Positions 7,716 through 16,779 of a stretch of 24,000 nt of DNA are shown here, piece by piece. The stretch covers positions 1-24,000 of the forward strand of contig NZ_SNWX01000028.1 in NCBI RefSeq assembly GCF_004362045.1. Direction: 5' to 3'. Both the position numbers and the translations under genes were made by a program. The stretch's first letter is position 1; each line of letters begins with the position of its first letter. Source of the DNA: Halanaerobium saccharolyticum. Its GTDB lineage: Bacteria > Bacillota > Halanaerobiia > Halanaerobiales > Halanaerobiaceae. The notes beneath the pieces are model-generated. The model worked only from the letters and a program-made list of their open reading frames with translations, did not search any database and had not been told where the DNA came from.

Positions 7716-8348
7716 TTATAATTCTCCGCTATTGGATAATTCATTTATCCGATCAGCGGCTTTTTTTATTAATTTAAAATCATGCCAGCTGTGTTTTTTC
7801 ATATTTTCATTTCTGAGTAGATAAGCAGGATGAAAGGTTGGTAAAAAATAAATGTCTCCTCTTTGAAACCACTTTCCTCTTACCCTGGTTATTGATTCTT
7901 CGGGGTCGATTAAAAACTCTGTAGCTGTTGAACCCAGGGTAACAATTACTTTGGGCTGAACAAGTTCTATTTCTGCTCTAAGAATTGAAACACAGGCTTC
8001 AAATTCATTTTGATGAGGAACTCTATTTCCCGGAGGTCGGCATTTGATTACATTAGTTATATAGAGATCTTCCCTTTTTAAATTTACAGCAGCTAAAATT
8101 TTATCCATCAATTTACCAGCACGGCCAACAAAAGGGCGCCCTAAACGATCCTCATTTGCTCCTGGACCTTCACCGATTAGCATTATATTATTATTTATAT
8201 TTCCTTCTCCCATCACAACTCCTTTAGCACCTTCGCGCAGCTGACAGCGGTGACATTTTAAGGCCTCTTCTTTTAAATTTTGATAATCATTATTGGGATA
8301 AGAAAATAACTGCTGAATTTTAAAGTTTCCCTGCTGGTCAAATAACAT
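7716..8348 (-). CDS. family-4 uracil-DNA glycosylase (4Fe-4S type)
   Basis: Motifs GEGPGANEDRLGRPFVGRAGKLMD and HPAYLLRN. Four-Cys pattern CHRC...KCRPP...(15 residues)...C typical of family-4 UDG. AGGAGG RBS before ATG 8348. Confidence 0.85.
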   Translation of the reverse strand: MLFDQQGNFKIQQLFSYPNNDYQNLKEEALKCHRCQLREGAKGVVMGEGNINNNIMLIGEGPGANEDRLGRPFVGRAGKLMDKILAAVNLKREDLYITNVIKCRPPGNRVPHQNEFEACVSILRAEIELVQPKVIVTLGSTATEFLIDPEESITRVRGKWFQRGDIYFLPTFHPAYLLRNENMKKHSWHDFKLIKKAADRINELSNSGEL

Positions 8349-8380
8349 CTTATTCCTCCTGCATAAATTATTCTATAAAA

Positions 8381-9022
8381 TCATTCTGCAAAATCCTGAT
8401 ATTCTTCACTCGCCAGAGCCTTAAATAAATTTCTGGCGCTTGCAGCTTCTACTGCGGCTCTAAAATAGTTTCCATTTTCATAATAGGAATATCCTTTAAT
8501 TAAATGAGAATATTCATTTTCCTGAATGGAAAGTGCCTGATTTGCATAGTCCAGAGCCTTTTCATATTCACCAAATTCTACTAAAGCTGCTGCAGCATGA
8601 TTTAAGGCCCATAAATTATTCGAATCAATTTCAAAAATATATTCAAATAATGCTACTGATTCTTTATAATTTTTATTGATTACCTCTCTAAAAGCAGCGT
8701 AATTTAAAAGTAATAAATTATCATGATCTCTATAATTTTCCCATTCTGCTAAATATGGAGAAACAGCAGCATTAAAATCTTCCCGGCTAACACTGCTGCC
8801 AAAAACATCTATAATATCATATGCTTTTTTTATTTCTCCAGTATTAGCATAGGCTACTGCCATAGTATAATTTAAGACAATATCGTTCTTATTATGATCC
8901 AGCTGTTTCCGGGTAGTATTAATCAATTCCTCCCAGGGATAGTTAGAATTAGCAGCTGTATTAATAGAAAATGCTATGATTATAAATATTATGATTATTA
9001 AAATTAAAATCTTTTTCTTCAA
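8381..9022 (-). CDS. exported TPR-repeat protein
   Basis: Signal peptide KKKILILIIIIFIIIAFSINTAANS. Repeated TPR-like helices (e.g. LVEFGEYEKALDYANQALSI, GYSYYENGNYFRAAVEAA). The start is TTG (9020-9022) with only a weak AAGGA upstream. The next in-frame Met would delete the signal peptide. Confidence 0.6.
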   Translation of the reverse strand: MKKKILILIIIIFIIIAFSINTAANSNYPWEELINTTRKQLDHNKNDIVLNYTMAVAYANTGEIKKAYDIIDVFGSSVSREDFNAAVSPYLAEWENYRDHDNLLLLNYAAFREVINKNYKESVALFEYIFEIDSNNLWALNHAAAALVEFGEYEKALDYANQALSIQENEYSHLIKGYSYYENGNYFRAAVEAASARNLFKALASEEYQDFAE

Positions 9023-9077
9023 TAATAGCTCAACATCCTTTACCTATTAGATTATTAATCAATCATTAAACATGGGC

Positions 9078-9317
9078 TTATTCTTCGTCTAAATAAAGAA
9101 GACCACTTGTTTTTTCGACTGGAGCAATAGTAGAAATAGCGTGTTTATAAATCATCTGATCTCTTTCATCACTTCTCAAAATAACTGTAAAGTTATCATA
9201 GGCTTTAATTCTACCCTTTAACTGATAACCATTGACAAAGTAAACAATAACCTCAATGTCCTTTTCGTGAACATTTTTTAAAATATGATCCTGATAATTA
9301 ATATTATTATTACTCAT
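9078..9317 (-). CDS. hfq: RNA chaperone Hfq
   Basis: 79 aa. Sm1/Sm2 motifs VIVYFVNGYQLKGRIKAYDNFTVIL....MIYKHAISTIAP. Located downstream of miaA, as in the conserved miaA-hfq arrangement. Confidence 0.95.
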   Translation of the reverse strand: MSNNNINYQDHILKNVHEKDIEVIVYFVNGYQLKGRIKAYDNFTVILRSDERDQMIYKHAISTIAPVEKTSGLLYLDEE

Positions 9318-9416
9318 CTCTGCAGCCCCCTTTTATATTTTTAAAGCTCTTATATATTATAATTTCAATATTATTATTAAAATTCCTGCATAGATAAAAA
9401 AATATTATCTTATAAA

Positions 9417-9794
9417 TTAATTATTATCCGCTATTTCCTTGAAATATGAGTTACCACTACCAAAATAAGACTTTAACTGGTAATATATATCATTGGGTGA
9501 ACGAACTCCAAAACCCGTATAAACTGACTCTCCTTTTTTAAAAACTTTAAAGACAGGTACAGAATTAATTCCATAACGCTCAAAAATTTCTGGAGCAGCA
9601 GTCAATTTTAATTGATACAATTCTAACTGAGGAAAAGAATCTAGCACCTGATTTATATTTTTTTCTGCAAGCTGACAGTAACCACAGCCATCATTAGAAA
9701 AAAGAATAAAAAGGGAATCTTTTTCTTTTAATAACCGTTCAAATTCTTTTCCATTAGAAATCAATTTCTTTTCGTTTTTTGTATTCCTCTTCAT
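9417..9794 (-). CDS. thioredoxin-fold protein with CGYC active site
   Basis: CxxC motif DGCGYCQ and a cis-Pro loop (NSVPVF), about 125 aa. Strong RBS AAAGGAG 8-9 nt before ATG 9794. Its first 41 nt overlap the 3' end of miaA in another frame. Confidence 0.7.
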   Translation of the reverse strand: MKRNTKNEKKLISNGKEFERLLKEKDSLFILFSNDGCGYCQLAEKNINQVLDSFPQLELYQLKLTAAPEIFERYGINSVPVFKVFKKGESVYTGFGVRSPNDIYYQLKSYFGSGNSYFKEIADNN

Positions 9795-10725
9795 AATCTT
9801 TTTCTCCTTTAATTAATTCTACCATCTTCTTCAATATATCATTTTTATCTTCCTCTTCGATATTAAATACTATTAAATTATTTTCTTTTCTCAACCAGGT
9901 AAGCTGTCTTTTAGCAAAGTGTCTGCTCCGTTTTTTGATTTCATAAACAGCTTCTTCAAGACTAATTTCTCCTTTAAGATAAGAAATCAACTCCTTATAA
10001 CCCAGAGCCTGCTGTGCGGTGTCACTTAAATTATCAAAGTTGTTTAAAAGAAATTTAACCTCATCTAATAGCCCGTTTCCCATCATTAAATCGACTCTTT
10101 TGTTGATTCTCTGATATAGATTTTCCCTGCTTCTAATTAAGGCAAATTTATAAGCAGTATAGCGAGGAGGCTGCTGCTGTTGTTTCATTTTATAATAACT
10201 TTTAGTTTTTCCCGTCTGTTCATAAATTTCTATTGCCCTGATGACTCTCCGTAAATCATTGGGATGCAGTTTTTCGGCTGTTACTTCATCTTTTTTTGCT
10301 AAAATATCATGTACTCTTTCTGTACCCTGAGCTTCAGCCAGCTTCTCTAATTTTTGACGCAGCTTATAATCCGGATTGATCTCAGGCAGCATAAACCCTT
10401 CCAGAACAGCTTTTAAGTAAAGATGTGTACCTCCGACTAACATCGGTGTTTTGTTTCTTGTTTTAATTTCTGCTATTGTCTGATCACAGTCATCCTGAAA
10501 CCGGGAGACAGAATATTCTGCTTCTGGAGTTAAAAAATCAATTAAATAATGTTCAACCAGCTCTCTTTCAGCTTTAGTGGCTTTGGCTGTGCCAATATCC
10601 ATGTGCTGATAAATCTGCATGGAATCAGCTGAAATTATCTCAGCTTCAATTTTTTGAGCCAGTTCAAGTGATAATTCTGTTTTCCCAACTGCAGTGGGTC
10701 CTGTTAAAACGATTAAATCTCTCAT
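9754..10725 (-). CDS. miaA: tRNA dimethylallyltransferase MiaA
   Basis: P-loop LTGPTAVGKT, ISADSMQIY..MDIGTAK, and the HYLID and GGTHLYL motifs. Its ATG overlaps the mutL stop (TAATG). Confidence 0.95.
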   Translation of the reverse strand: MRDLIVLTGPTAVGKTELSLELAQKIEAEIISADSMQIYQHMDIGTAKATKAERELVEHYLIDFLTPEAEYSVSRFQDDCDQTIAEIKTRNKTPMLVGGTHLYLKAVLEGFMLPEINPDYKLRQKLEKLAEAQGTERVHDILAKKDEVTAEKLHPNDLRRVIRAIEIYEQTGKTKSYYKMKQQQQPPRYTAYKFALIRSRENLYQRINKRVDLMMGNGLLDEVKFLLNNFDNLSDTAQQALGYKELISYLKGEISLEEAVYEIKKRSRHFAKRQLTWLRKENNLIVFNIEEEDKNDILKKMVELIKGEKDYEEEYKKRKEIDF

Positions 10726-12671
10726 TATCTACCAAGTCCTTTTTCGATTTCTTCGCGGCTAATATTAATCATAATTGGCCTGCTGTGGGGACAGCGATAT
10801 GGATTTTCTGTTCTGTATAGATCCATAACCAGCTGAATACTTTCCTTTTTTGTCAGCGGCTGTCCCGCCTTTATTGAAGATCTGCAGGCTAAGTACTCAA
10901 GCATTGTTTTCTGAATTTCGGCTGCAGATTTTGCCTTACCCGCCTCTGCAAGTTCTGCTATTAGTTCTTCTATAATATTTCTTGTTGGTTTATTTTTCAG
11001 TAAAACAGGAACTTCCTGAATTAAAATTGTATTATTACCAAAATCACTAAAGTCAATTCCAATTTCTCTGATTTCAGCTTCATACTGTCTTACAATTTCT
11101 CTTTCTTCTGCTGATAATTCAATTTTAACTGGCAGAAGAAGTGACTGAGAAGCTTTATCTTTTTTATTGAATTCAGCATAAAATTTTTCGTATAAAATTC
11201 TCTCCTGTGCATTGTGCTGATCAACAATTTTTAAACCCAGATCAGTTTCGATTAATAAGTAACTATTAAAAATTTGTCCCAGAAACTTAAAATAGCTTTC
11301 TTCTGCCTCTACCTCAGCTAAAGAATATTCCTGATTTTCAGTTTCTGTTATTTGCTGATTAAAACTTTTTTTCTGTTCAGCAACATTTTCCTGCTGCTGA
11401 CTGCTCTCACTACCATAATTTATATTTTTTTGATAATCTTCTTTGCTGTAATTGTTAGAATCTGAGCGCCTGTATTTATTTCTGTTCTTCGAACTATAGC
11501 TGCTCTGTGAAATACTTTGATCAGAATCACTTATATTCTCATTCCTGGTATCAGATTGATTACTTTTTTGATTCTTATCTTTTCCATCTGTAAAAAGTTG
11601 ATCTCTTTCTATATTTTCTTCAGAATCTTTATCAGCTTCATTTAAACCGGGTGACTGTTTTAATTTAATCCTAGTGGTGGGATCATTTTGTTTTAAGGTT
11701 CTCCGGACTGCTTTATTAATTACATCAAAAATAATCTGACTGCGGCTGAATTTTACCTCACGTTTGGCAGGATGGACGTTAACATCAACTAAAATTGGAT
11801 TAACTTTAATAAATAAAAAAACAATTGGTTTTCTGCCTGGATTAATTAACTTATTGTAGGCAGTTTCTACAGCTTTTGCTGTTAAATTATTGTAAATAGG
11901 TCTGCCATTAACAAAAAAGAGCTCATGACTTCTGCTGGAACGAGTTAACTCCGGGCGACAGAGATAACCACTAAGTTTAATATAACGATCTTCAATATCG
12001 ATAGGAATTAAATTTTCGGCAATTTCGCTGCCGTAAACAGCATAAATAGTATCTTTCAGTTTACCATTGCCGGGAGTAGATAAAATCTGTCTTCCATCAT
12101 GATAGAGTTTAAAACTTAAATCACTGTTAGCTGTTGCTTCAGCACTTACAATTTTACTGATATGCGAAAACTCAGTTGTTGTTGTTTTGAGATATTTATA
12201 TCGAGCTGGAGTATTGTAAAATAGGTCTCGCACAATAATTTCTGTACCTACTGTTGAACCAACAGGTTTTTTATCTACAATTTCTCCACCCTTGATCTTA
12301 ATTTTTACAGCCTGATCACTGTCCCGATGCCGGCTGATCATCTCTATTTCAGCTACAGAAGCAATACTGGCTAAGGCTTCACCCCGAAAACCGAGGCTAT
12401 ATAGAGAGTAAAGATCATCTATATTTTCAATCTTACTGGTAGCATAGCGGTTAAATGCTGATTCTATATCATCGACCTGGATACCGTGTCCATCATCTTT
12501 AACCTTAATCAGTTCCCTCCCACCATCTTCAATTTTAATTTCAATATTTTTTGCTCCGGCATCAATAGAGTTTTCAATCAATTCCTTGACTATGGAAGCA
12601 GGTCTTTCTATAACCTCACCTGCTGAAATCTGATTTGCTACACTCTGAGGAAGCTGTTTTATAACACCCAT
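10725..12671 (-). CDS. mutL: DNA mismatch repair protein MutL (endonuclease-type)
   Basis: GHKL ATPase N-terminus (ANQISAGEVIERPASIVKELIENSIDAGA, DDGHGI, GFRGEAL). C-terminal DQHNAQERILYE matches the DQHA(X)2E(X)4E endonuclease motif, and CPHSRP is present. Long S/N/Q-rich linker. Confidence 0.97.
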   Translation of the reverse strand: MGVIKQLPQSVANQISAGEVIERPASIVKELIENSIDAGAKNIEIKIEDGGRELIKVKDDGHGIQVDDIESAFNRYATSKIENIDDLYSLYSLGFRGEALASIASVAEIEMISRHRDSDQAVKIKIKGGEIVDKKPVGSTVGTEIIVRDLFYNTPARYKYLKTTTTEFSHISKIVSAEATANSDLSFKLYHDGRQILSTPGNGKLKDTIYAVYGSEIAENLIPIDIEDRYIKLSGYLCRPELTRSSRSHELFFVNGRPIYNNLTAKAVETAYNKLINPGRKPIVFLFIKVNPILVDVNVHPAKREVKFSRSQIIFDVINKAVRRTLKQNDPTTRIKLKQSPGLNEADKDSEENIERDQLFTDGKDKNQKSNQSDTRNENISDSDQSISQSSYSSKNRNKYRRSDSNNYSKEDYQKNINYGSESSQQQENVAEQKKSFNQQITETENQEYSLAEVEAEESYFKFLGQIFNSYLLIETDLGLKIVDQHNAQERILYEKFYAEFNKKDKASQSLLLPVKIELSAEEREIVRQYEAEIREIGIDFSDFGNNTILIQEVPVLLKNKPTRNIIEELIAELAEAGKAKSAAEIQKTMLEYLACRSSIKAGQPLTKKESIQLVMDLYRTENPYRCPHSRPIMINISREEIEKGLGR

Positions 12672-12672
12672 T

Positions 12673-15279
12673 TTAATTCTCCTCTTCTTTTAAATCCTTT
12701 TTTAATTTATATAAAAAGTTCATAGCATCCATTGGCGTCATCTCCAGAATATCCTGTTCATCTAATTTCTTTAAGATTGGACTTCTTTCGGAATTAAATA
12801 AAGGCAGCTGCTGATGTTTGTCATCAGTCACAGTTTTTTCTAATTTACGAACCGGCATTTTATTGTTGTCTTCCAGACGCTGCAATATTTTTTGGGCGCT
12901 GATAATGATTTCCTCCGGCAGCCCCGCCAGGCGGGCAACCTCTATTCCATAACTATCACTGGATCTACCTTCAACAATACGGTGTAAAAAGTGTACCCCA
13001 TCATTATCTTCTTTAACCAGTACATTATAATTTTTAATACCCTGGTACTCATCTTCCAGCCGTGTTAGTTCGTGATAGTGTGTTGCGAATAAAGTTCTGG
13101 CACCAATACGCTCTGGGTTGTTCAGATACTCACTGACAGACCAGGCAATAGAGACACCATCATAGGTGCTGGTACCTCTTCCTACCTCATCTAAGATAAT
13201 TAAACTTTTTTCGGTACTGTTGTTAACTATATTGGCAACCTCATTCATTTCTACCATAAAAGTACTCTGGCCGGTTGTCAAATCATCACTGGCTCCAACT
13301 CTAGTAAAAATTCTATCTGTCAGACCGATAACCGCTTCTTCTGCCGGCACATAGGAACCCACCTGGGCCATTAGTACAATTAGAGCAACCTGTCTCATAT
13401 AAGTTGATTTTCCGGACATATTGGGACCGGTAATTATAATAAAACGCTGATCACTCTGATTTAAATAGCAGTCATTTGGCACAAACTGATCAGCAAACAT
13501 TTTCTCTACTACAGGATGGCGTCCATTTTTAATCTTAATTTCTGCTCCCTTATTAATTTCCGGTCGACAATAATTATTTTCCAGAGCTAAATAAGAAAAC
13601 GATAATAAAACATCTAGTCTGGCAATAATAGCTGCTGTCTGATTAATTCTTTCTACTTCTTCTGCTATTTTTTTTCTTATTTCTACAAACAAATTATATT
13701 CTAAATCATTTATTTTTTCTTCGGCTCCCAGAACTTCCGATTCTTTTTCCTTTAACTCTGGAATAATATAACGCTCACTGTTGCTTAATGTCTGTTTTCT
13801 TTCGTAACGATCTGGGACCTTATCAGTATGTGAATTTGTAACCTCAAGATAATAACCAAAAACTTTATTAAAACCAACTTTTAAAGTATTAATTCCGGTT
13901 TTTTCTCTTTCTTCTTTCTGAAGAGAAGTTATCCAGTCCTTACCACTGCTAACTAAGTCTCTTAAGTCGTCTAATTTTGTATTATATCCATCTTTAATAA
14001 TACTGCCTTCAGTTATTGTAGTAGGAGGCTCTTCCTTAATTGAATCATCAATCAGAGCATGAATATCTTCTAAAAGATCGAATTTTTGCTGCATTTCAAG
14101 CAGTAAATCACTTTCCAGTTCAGACATTAATTCTTTGACAGCTGGCAGTTTAGCCAGAGAATTTCTTAAAGCTATCATATCCCGTCCATTGGCTGATTGA
14201 TAAGTTATTTTGCTCATGATTCTCTCTAAATCATAAATTTCAGTAAGTTCAGATCTCAGCTTTTCTAAAATCATATAATTATCAATAATCTCAGCTAGAG
14301 CCTCGTGTCTCTTAACTATTTCCTCTTTTTGAATTAAAGGCTGATTAATCCATTTTTTAATTTCTCTACCACCCATAGAGGTTACAGTCTGGTCTACTAT
14401 TGAAAGCAGAGAACCTGAACGCTGATTATCTCTTATCGTTGAAGTTAACTCCAAATTTCTGCGGCTGGCTGAATCTAAAACCATATAATCTTCTAAATGA
14501 TATGATTTCAGAACTGTAATCTGATTAACTGTTCTTTTTTGAGTATCTCCTAAATAGGAGAGCACTTGACCGGCTGCGTAAACTGCTGCTTTCATTTCTT
14601 CACAGCCAAAACCCTCCAGTGACTTAAGCTTAAAGTGATCCAGCAGCCCCTGATATAGACGTTCATATTTTTTATCCTCCAGAATATTTAAAGTGAAATT
14701 ATAAACATTCTGCAGTTGATCAATTAACTCAGTTTTCGCAGTTTTTTGATCTAATAATATTTCCTGAGGAGAAATTCGGTTGATCTCATCTTTTAATTTA
14801 TCCTGATCTGAAGCTGGAAATTCGGTTAAATAAAACTCCCCCGTTGAAATATCTGTATAAGAGAAACCATAATAATCTCCAAATTGAAAAGCAGCAGCCA
14901 GATAATTATTTTCGTTTTCAGCCAGAATTTCATTTTCGATAACAGTTCCAGGGGTTACAACCCTGATCACATCTCTTTCCACAATTCCACTGCTCTCTGA
15001 CGGATCTTCCAGCTGTTCACAGATTGCGACCTTGATTCCATTTTTGATCAATTTTTCAATATAGGAGGCGGCTGAATGATAGGGAACTCCTGCCATCGGT
15101 ATTTTTTCGCCTCCACCCTTATTACGTGAGGTTAAGGCAATGTCCAGGATTTTAGCAGCTCTTTTAGCATCCTCACCAAACATTTCGTAAAAATCTCCCA
15201 GTCGGAAAAAAAGAATAGAATCCTGATATTTGTTTTTTAAATCATGATACTGCTGCATCATCGGTGTTAACTCTGCCAA
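12673..15279 (-). CDS. mutS: DNA mismatch repair protein MutS
   Basis: TPMMQQY N-terminus, mismatch-binding GDFYEMF (Phe-x-Glu), Walker A GPNMSGKSTYMRQ and Walker B LIILDEVGRGTSTYDG. TTG start at 15277-15279 has GGAGGG 6 nt upstream. Confidence 0.97.
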   Translation of the reverse strand: MAELTPMMQQYHDLKNKYQDSILFFRLGDFYEMFGEDAKRAAKILDIALTSRNKGGGEKIPMAGVPYHSAASYIEKLIKNGIKVAICEQLEDPSESSGIVERDVIRVVTPGTVIENEILAENENNYLAAAFQFGDYYGFSYTDISTGEFYLTEFPASDQDKLKDEINRISPQEILLDQKTAKTELIDQLQNVYNFTLNILEDKKYERLYQGLLDHFKLKSLEGFGCEEMKAAVYAAGQVLSYLGDTQKRTVNQITVLKSYHLEDYMVLDSASRRNLELTSTIRDNQRSGSLLSIVDQTVTSMGGREIKKWINQPLIQKEEIVKRHEALAEIIDNYMILEKLRSELTEIYDLERIMSKITYQSANGRDMIALRNSLAKLPAVKELMSELESDLLLEMQQKFDLLEDIHALIDDSIKEEPPTTITEGSIIKDGYNTKLDDLRDLVSSGKDWITSLQKEEREKTGINTLKVGFNKVFGYYLEVTNSHTDKVPDRYERKQTLSNSERYIIPELKEKESEVLGAEEKINDLEYNLFVEIRKKIAEEVERINQTAAIIARLDVLLSFSYLALENNYCRPEINKGAEIKIKNGRHPVVEKMFADQFVPNDCYLNQSDQRFIIITGPNMSGKSTYMRQVALIVLMAQVGSYVPAEEAVIGLTDRIFTRVGASDDLTTGQSTFMVEMNEVANIVNNSTEKSLIILDEVGRGTSTYDGVSIAWSVSEYLNNPERIGARTLFATHYHELTRLEDEYQGIKNYNVLVKEDNDGVHFLHRIVEGRSSDSYGIEVARLAGLPEEIIISAQKILQRLEDNNKMPVRKLEKTVTDDKHQQLPLFNSERSPILKKLDEQDILEMTPMDAMNFLYKLKKDLKEEEN

Positions 15280-15318
15280 ATTAATCCCTCCAAACCAAAA
15301 TTTATAATAAATAAGGTA

Positions 15319-15354
15319 AAACCTGAAAGATCTATTAAATTATCCTTCAGGTTT
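15319..15354 (-). terminator. hairpin (terminator/attenuator candidate) just upstream of mutS
   Basis: Stem AAACCTGAA (15319-15327) / TTCAGGTTT (15346-15354) with an 18-nt loop. On the minus strand a U-rich tail (TACCTTATTTATTATAAATTTT) follows and leads into the mutS RBS. Confidence 0.4.
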
Positions 15355-15375
15355 ACTTTGTGAATCATTTTTTCT

Positions 15376-15415
15376 GTACCAGGTACAAATCGTCTGATTT
15401 GTACCTGGTACCTAA
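15376..15415. repeat. GGTACC/CCWGG-rich palindromic element, copy 2
   Basis: GTACCAGGTACAAATC-gtct-GATTTGTACCTGGTAC, a perfect 16-bp stem, followed by CTAA. It shares the identical 18-mer TTTGTACCTGGTACCTAA (15398-15415) with copy 1 (5613-5630) and lies 7 nt after the miaB stop codon. Confidence 0.85.
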
Positions 15416-15421
15416 ATATAA

Positions 15422-16750
15422 TTATTCAATTACTGTTCCTTCCAGAGTCCAGCTTTTAGCATCCTCAATCCTGACTTTAACTACTTCCCCAACCAGATCC
15501 TCTCTTTTATCGATAAAACAGATCTTATTGGTGGATGTACGACCTTCAAATACTTCTGGATCATTACTGCTGGGACCTGTAACTAATATTTCCTGGGTGC
15601 TCCCAATTAACTTCTGGTTTTGATCATAACTAATTTTATTTTGTAACTCCATTAAGCGATTTAAACGATCTTTTTTAATATCTTCATCTATCTGATCATC
15701 TCTGCGGGCAGCAGGTGTCCCACTCCGGGGAGAATAGATGAAAGTATAGGCCATATCAAACTTTAATTCTTTGACCAATTCAATTGTTTTTTCGAAATCT
15801 TCTTCGCTTTCTCCTGGAAAACCGACTATAAAATCTGTTGAAACAGCGGCTCCTGGAATTTCCTGCTGTATTTTTTTTACTCGATCTATATAATATTCAC
15901 GTGTATAGCCGCGGTTCATTTCTTTAAGTACCTTATTACTTCCTGATTGAACAGGTAGGTGAATATGATTGGCCACCTTATTCAGCTTTTTAATTTTAGC
16001 TAATAAATCATCAGAAAGATCTCTTGGATGAGAAGTCATAAAACGAATTCTCTTAAGTTTTTCTACCTTATTTAATTCTTCCAGTAATTTGGGAAAAGTA
16101 ATTTCCTTTTCCAGATCATTTCCATAAGAATTAACATTCTGACCTAAAAGAGTAATTTCCTTAACTCCATCTGCAGCCAGCCTTGCTGCCTCATCCACAA
16201 TAGATTTAACAGGTCGGCTGCGCTCTCGGCCTCTAACATAAGGGACTATACAGTAAGTGCAGAAATTATCACAGCCCTGAATAATTGAGATCCAGGCTGA
16301 ATGTTCTGATTCTCTCTGTGAAGGCAAATCAGGGATTAAACCTTCTTCCTCATCCCAGACTTCAACAACTCTATCTCTTGTCTCTTCAATTTTTCTTATC
16401 AAATTAGGTAAATGATGAATATTATGAGTCCCAAAAATTAAGTCTACATGGCGGTATTTTTTATATACTTCATCAACAGGCTCATCCTGCTGCATCATAC
16501 AGCCGCCAATTCCGATAATTAAGTCGGGGTTTTCTCTTTTATATCTTTTAAGTTCACCCAATTTACCAAATACTTTCAATTCTGCATTTTCTCTAATAAC
16601 ACAGGTATTTAATAAAATTATATCTGCACTGCCCAAATCGTCGGTCTGCTGATAACCCATTTCCTCCAGCATCCCGGCCAGTCTTTCTGAATCATGTTCA
16701 TTCATCTGACAGCCATAGGTTATTATATTATAAAATTTATTTTCACTCAT
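15422..16750 (-). CDS. miaB: tRNA-i6A37 methylthiotransferase MiaB (radical SAM)
   Basis: N-terminal TYGCQMNEHDSE cluster region, radical-SAM CDNFCTYCIVP and a C-terminal TRAM-like domain. AGGAGTG RBS. Confidence 0.93.
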   Translation of the reverse strand: MSENKFYNIITYGCQMNEHDSERLAGMLEEMGYQQTDDLGSADIILLNTCVIRENAELKVFGKLGELKRYKRENPDLIIGIGGCMMQQDEPVDEVYKKYRHVDLIFGTHNIHHLPNLIRKIEETRDRVVEVWDEEEGLIPDLPSQRESEHSAWISIIQGCDNFCTYCIVPYVRGRERSRPVKSIVDEAARLAADGVKEITLLGQNVNSYGNDLEKEITFPKLLEELNKVEKLKRIRFMTSHPRDLSDDLLAKIKKLNKVANHIHLPVQSGSNKVLKEMNRGYTREYYIDRVKKIQQEIPGAAVSTDFIVGFPGESEEDFEKTIELVKELKFDMAYTFIYSPRSGTPAARRDDQIDEDIKKDRLNRLMELQNKISYDQNQKLIGSTQEILVTGPSSNDPEVFEGRTSTNKICFIDKREDLVGEVVKVRIEDAKSWTLEGTVIE

Positions 16751-16779
16751 TATTTCACTCCTGTAGTTAATTAAAACTA

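Noticed and set aside
11310-11690. The low-complexity S/N/Q-rich stretch in mutL as an insertion, intein or repeat expansion.
   Set aside because: It stays in frame and lies exactly where MutL proteins carry their disordered inter-domain linker. I could discern no exact nucleotide tandem repeat.
13166-13354. ORF-track ORF 13166..13354 (+).
   Set aside because: It is antisense within the ATPase core of mutS, with no translation signals.
15360-15623. ORF-track ORF 15360..15623 (+).
   Set aside because: It starts inside the miaB-mutS spacer, reads through the palindromic repeat and then runs antisense to the miaB 3' end. It has no RBS and is spurious.
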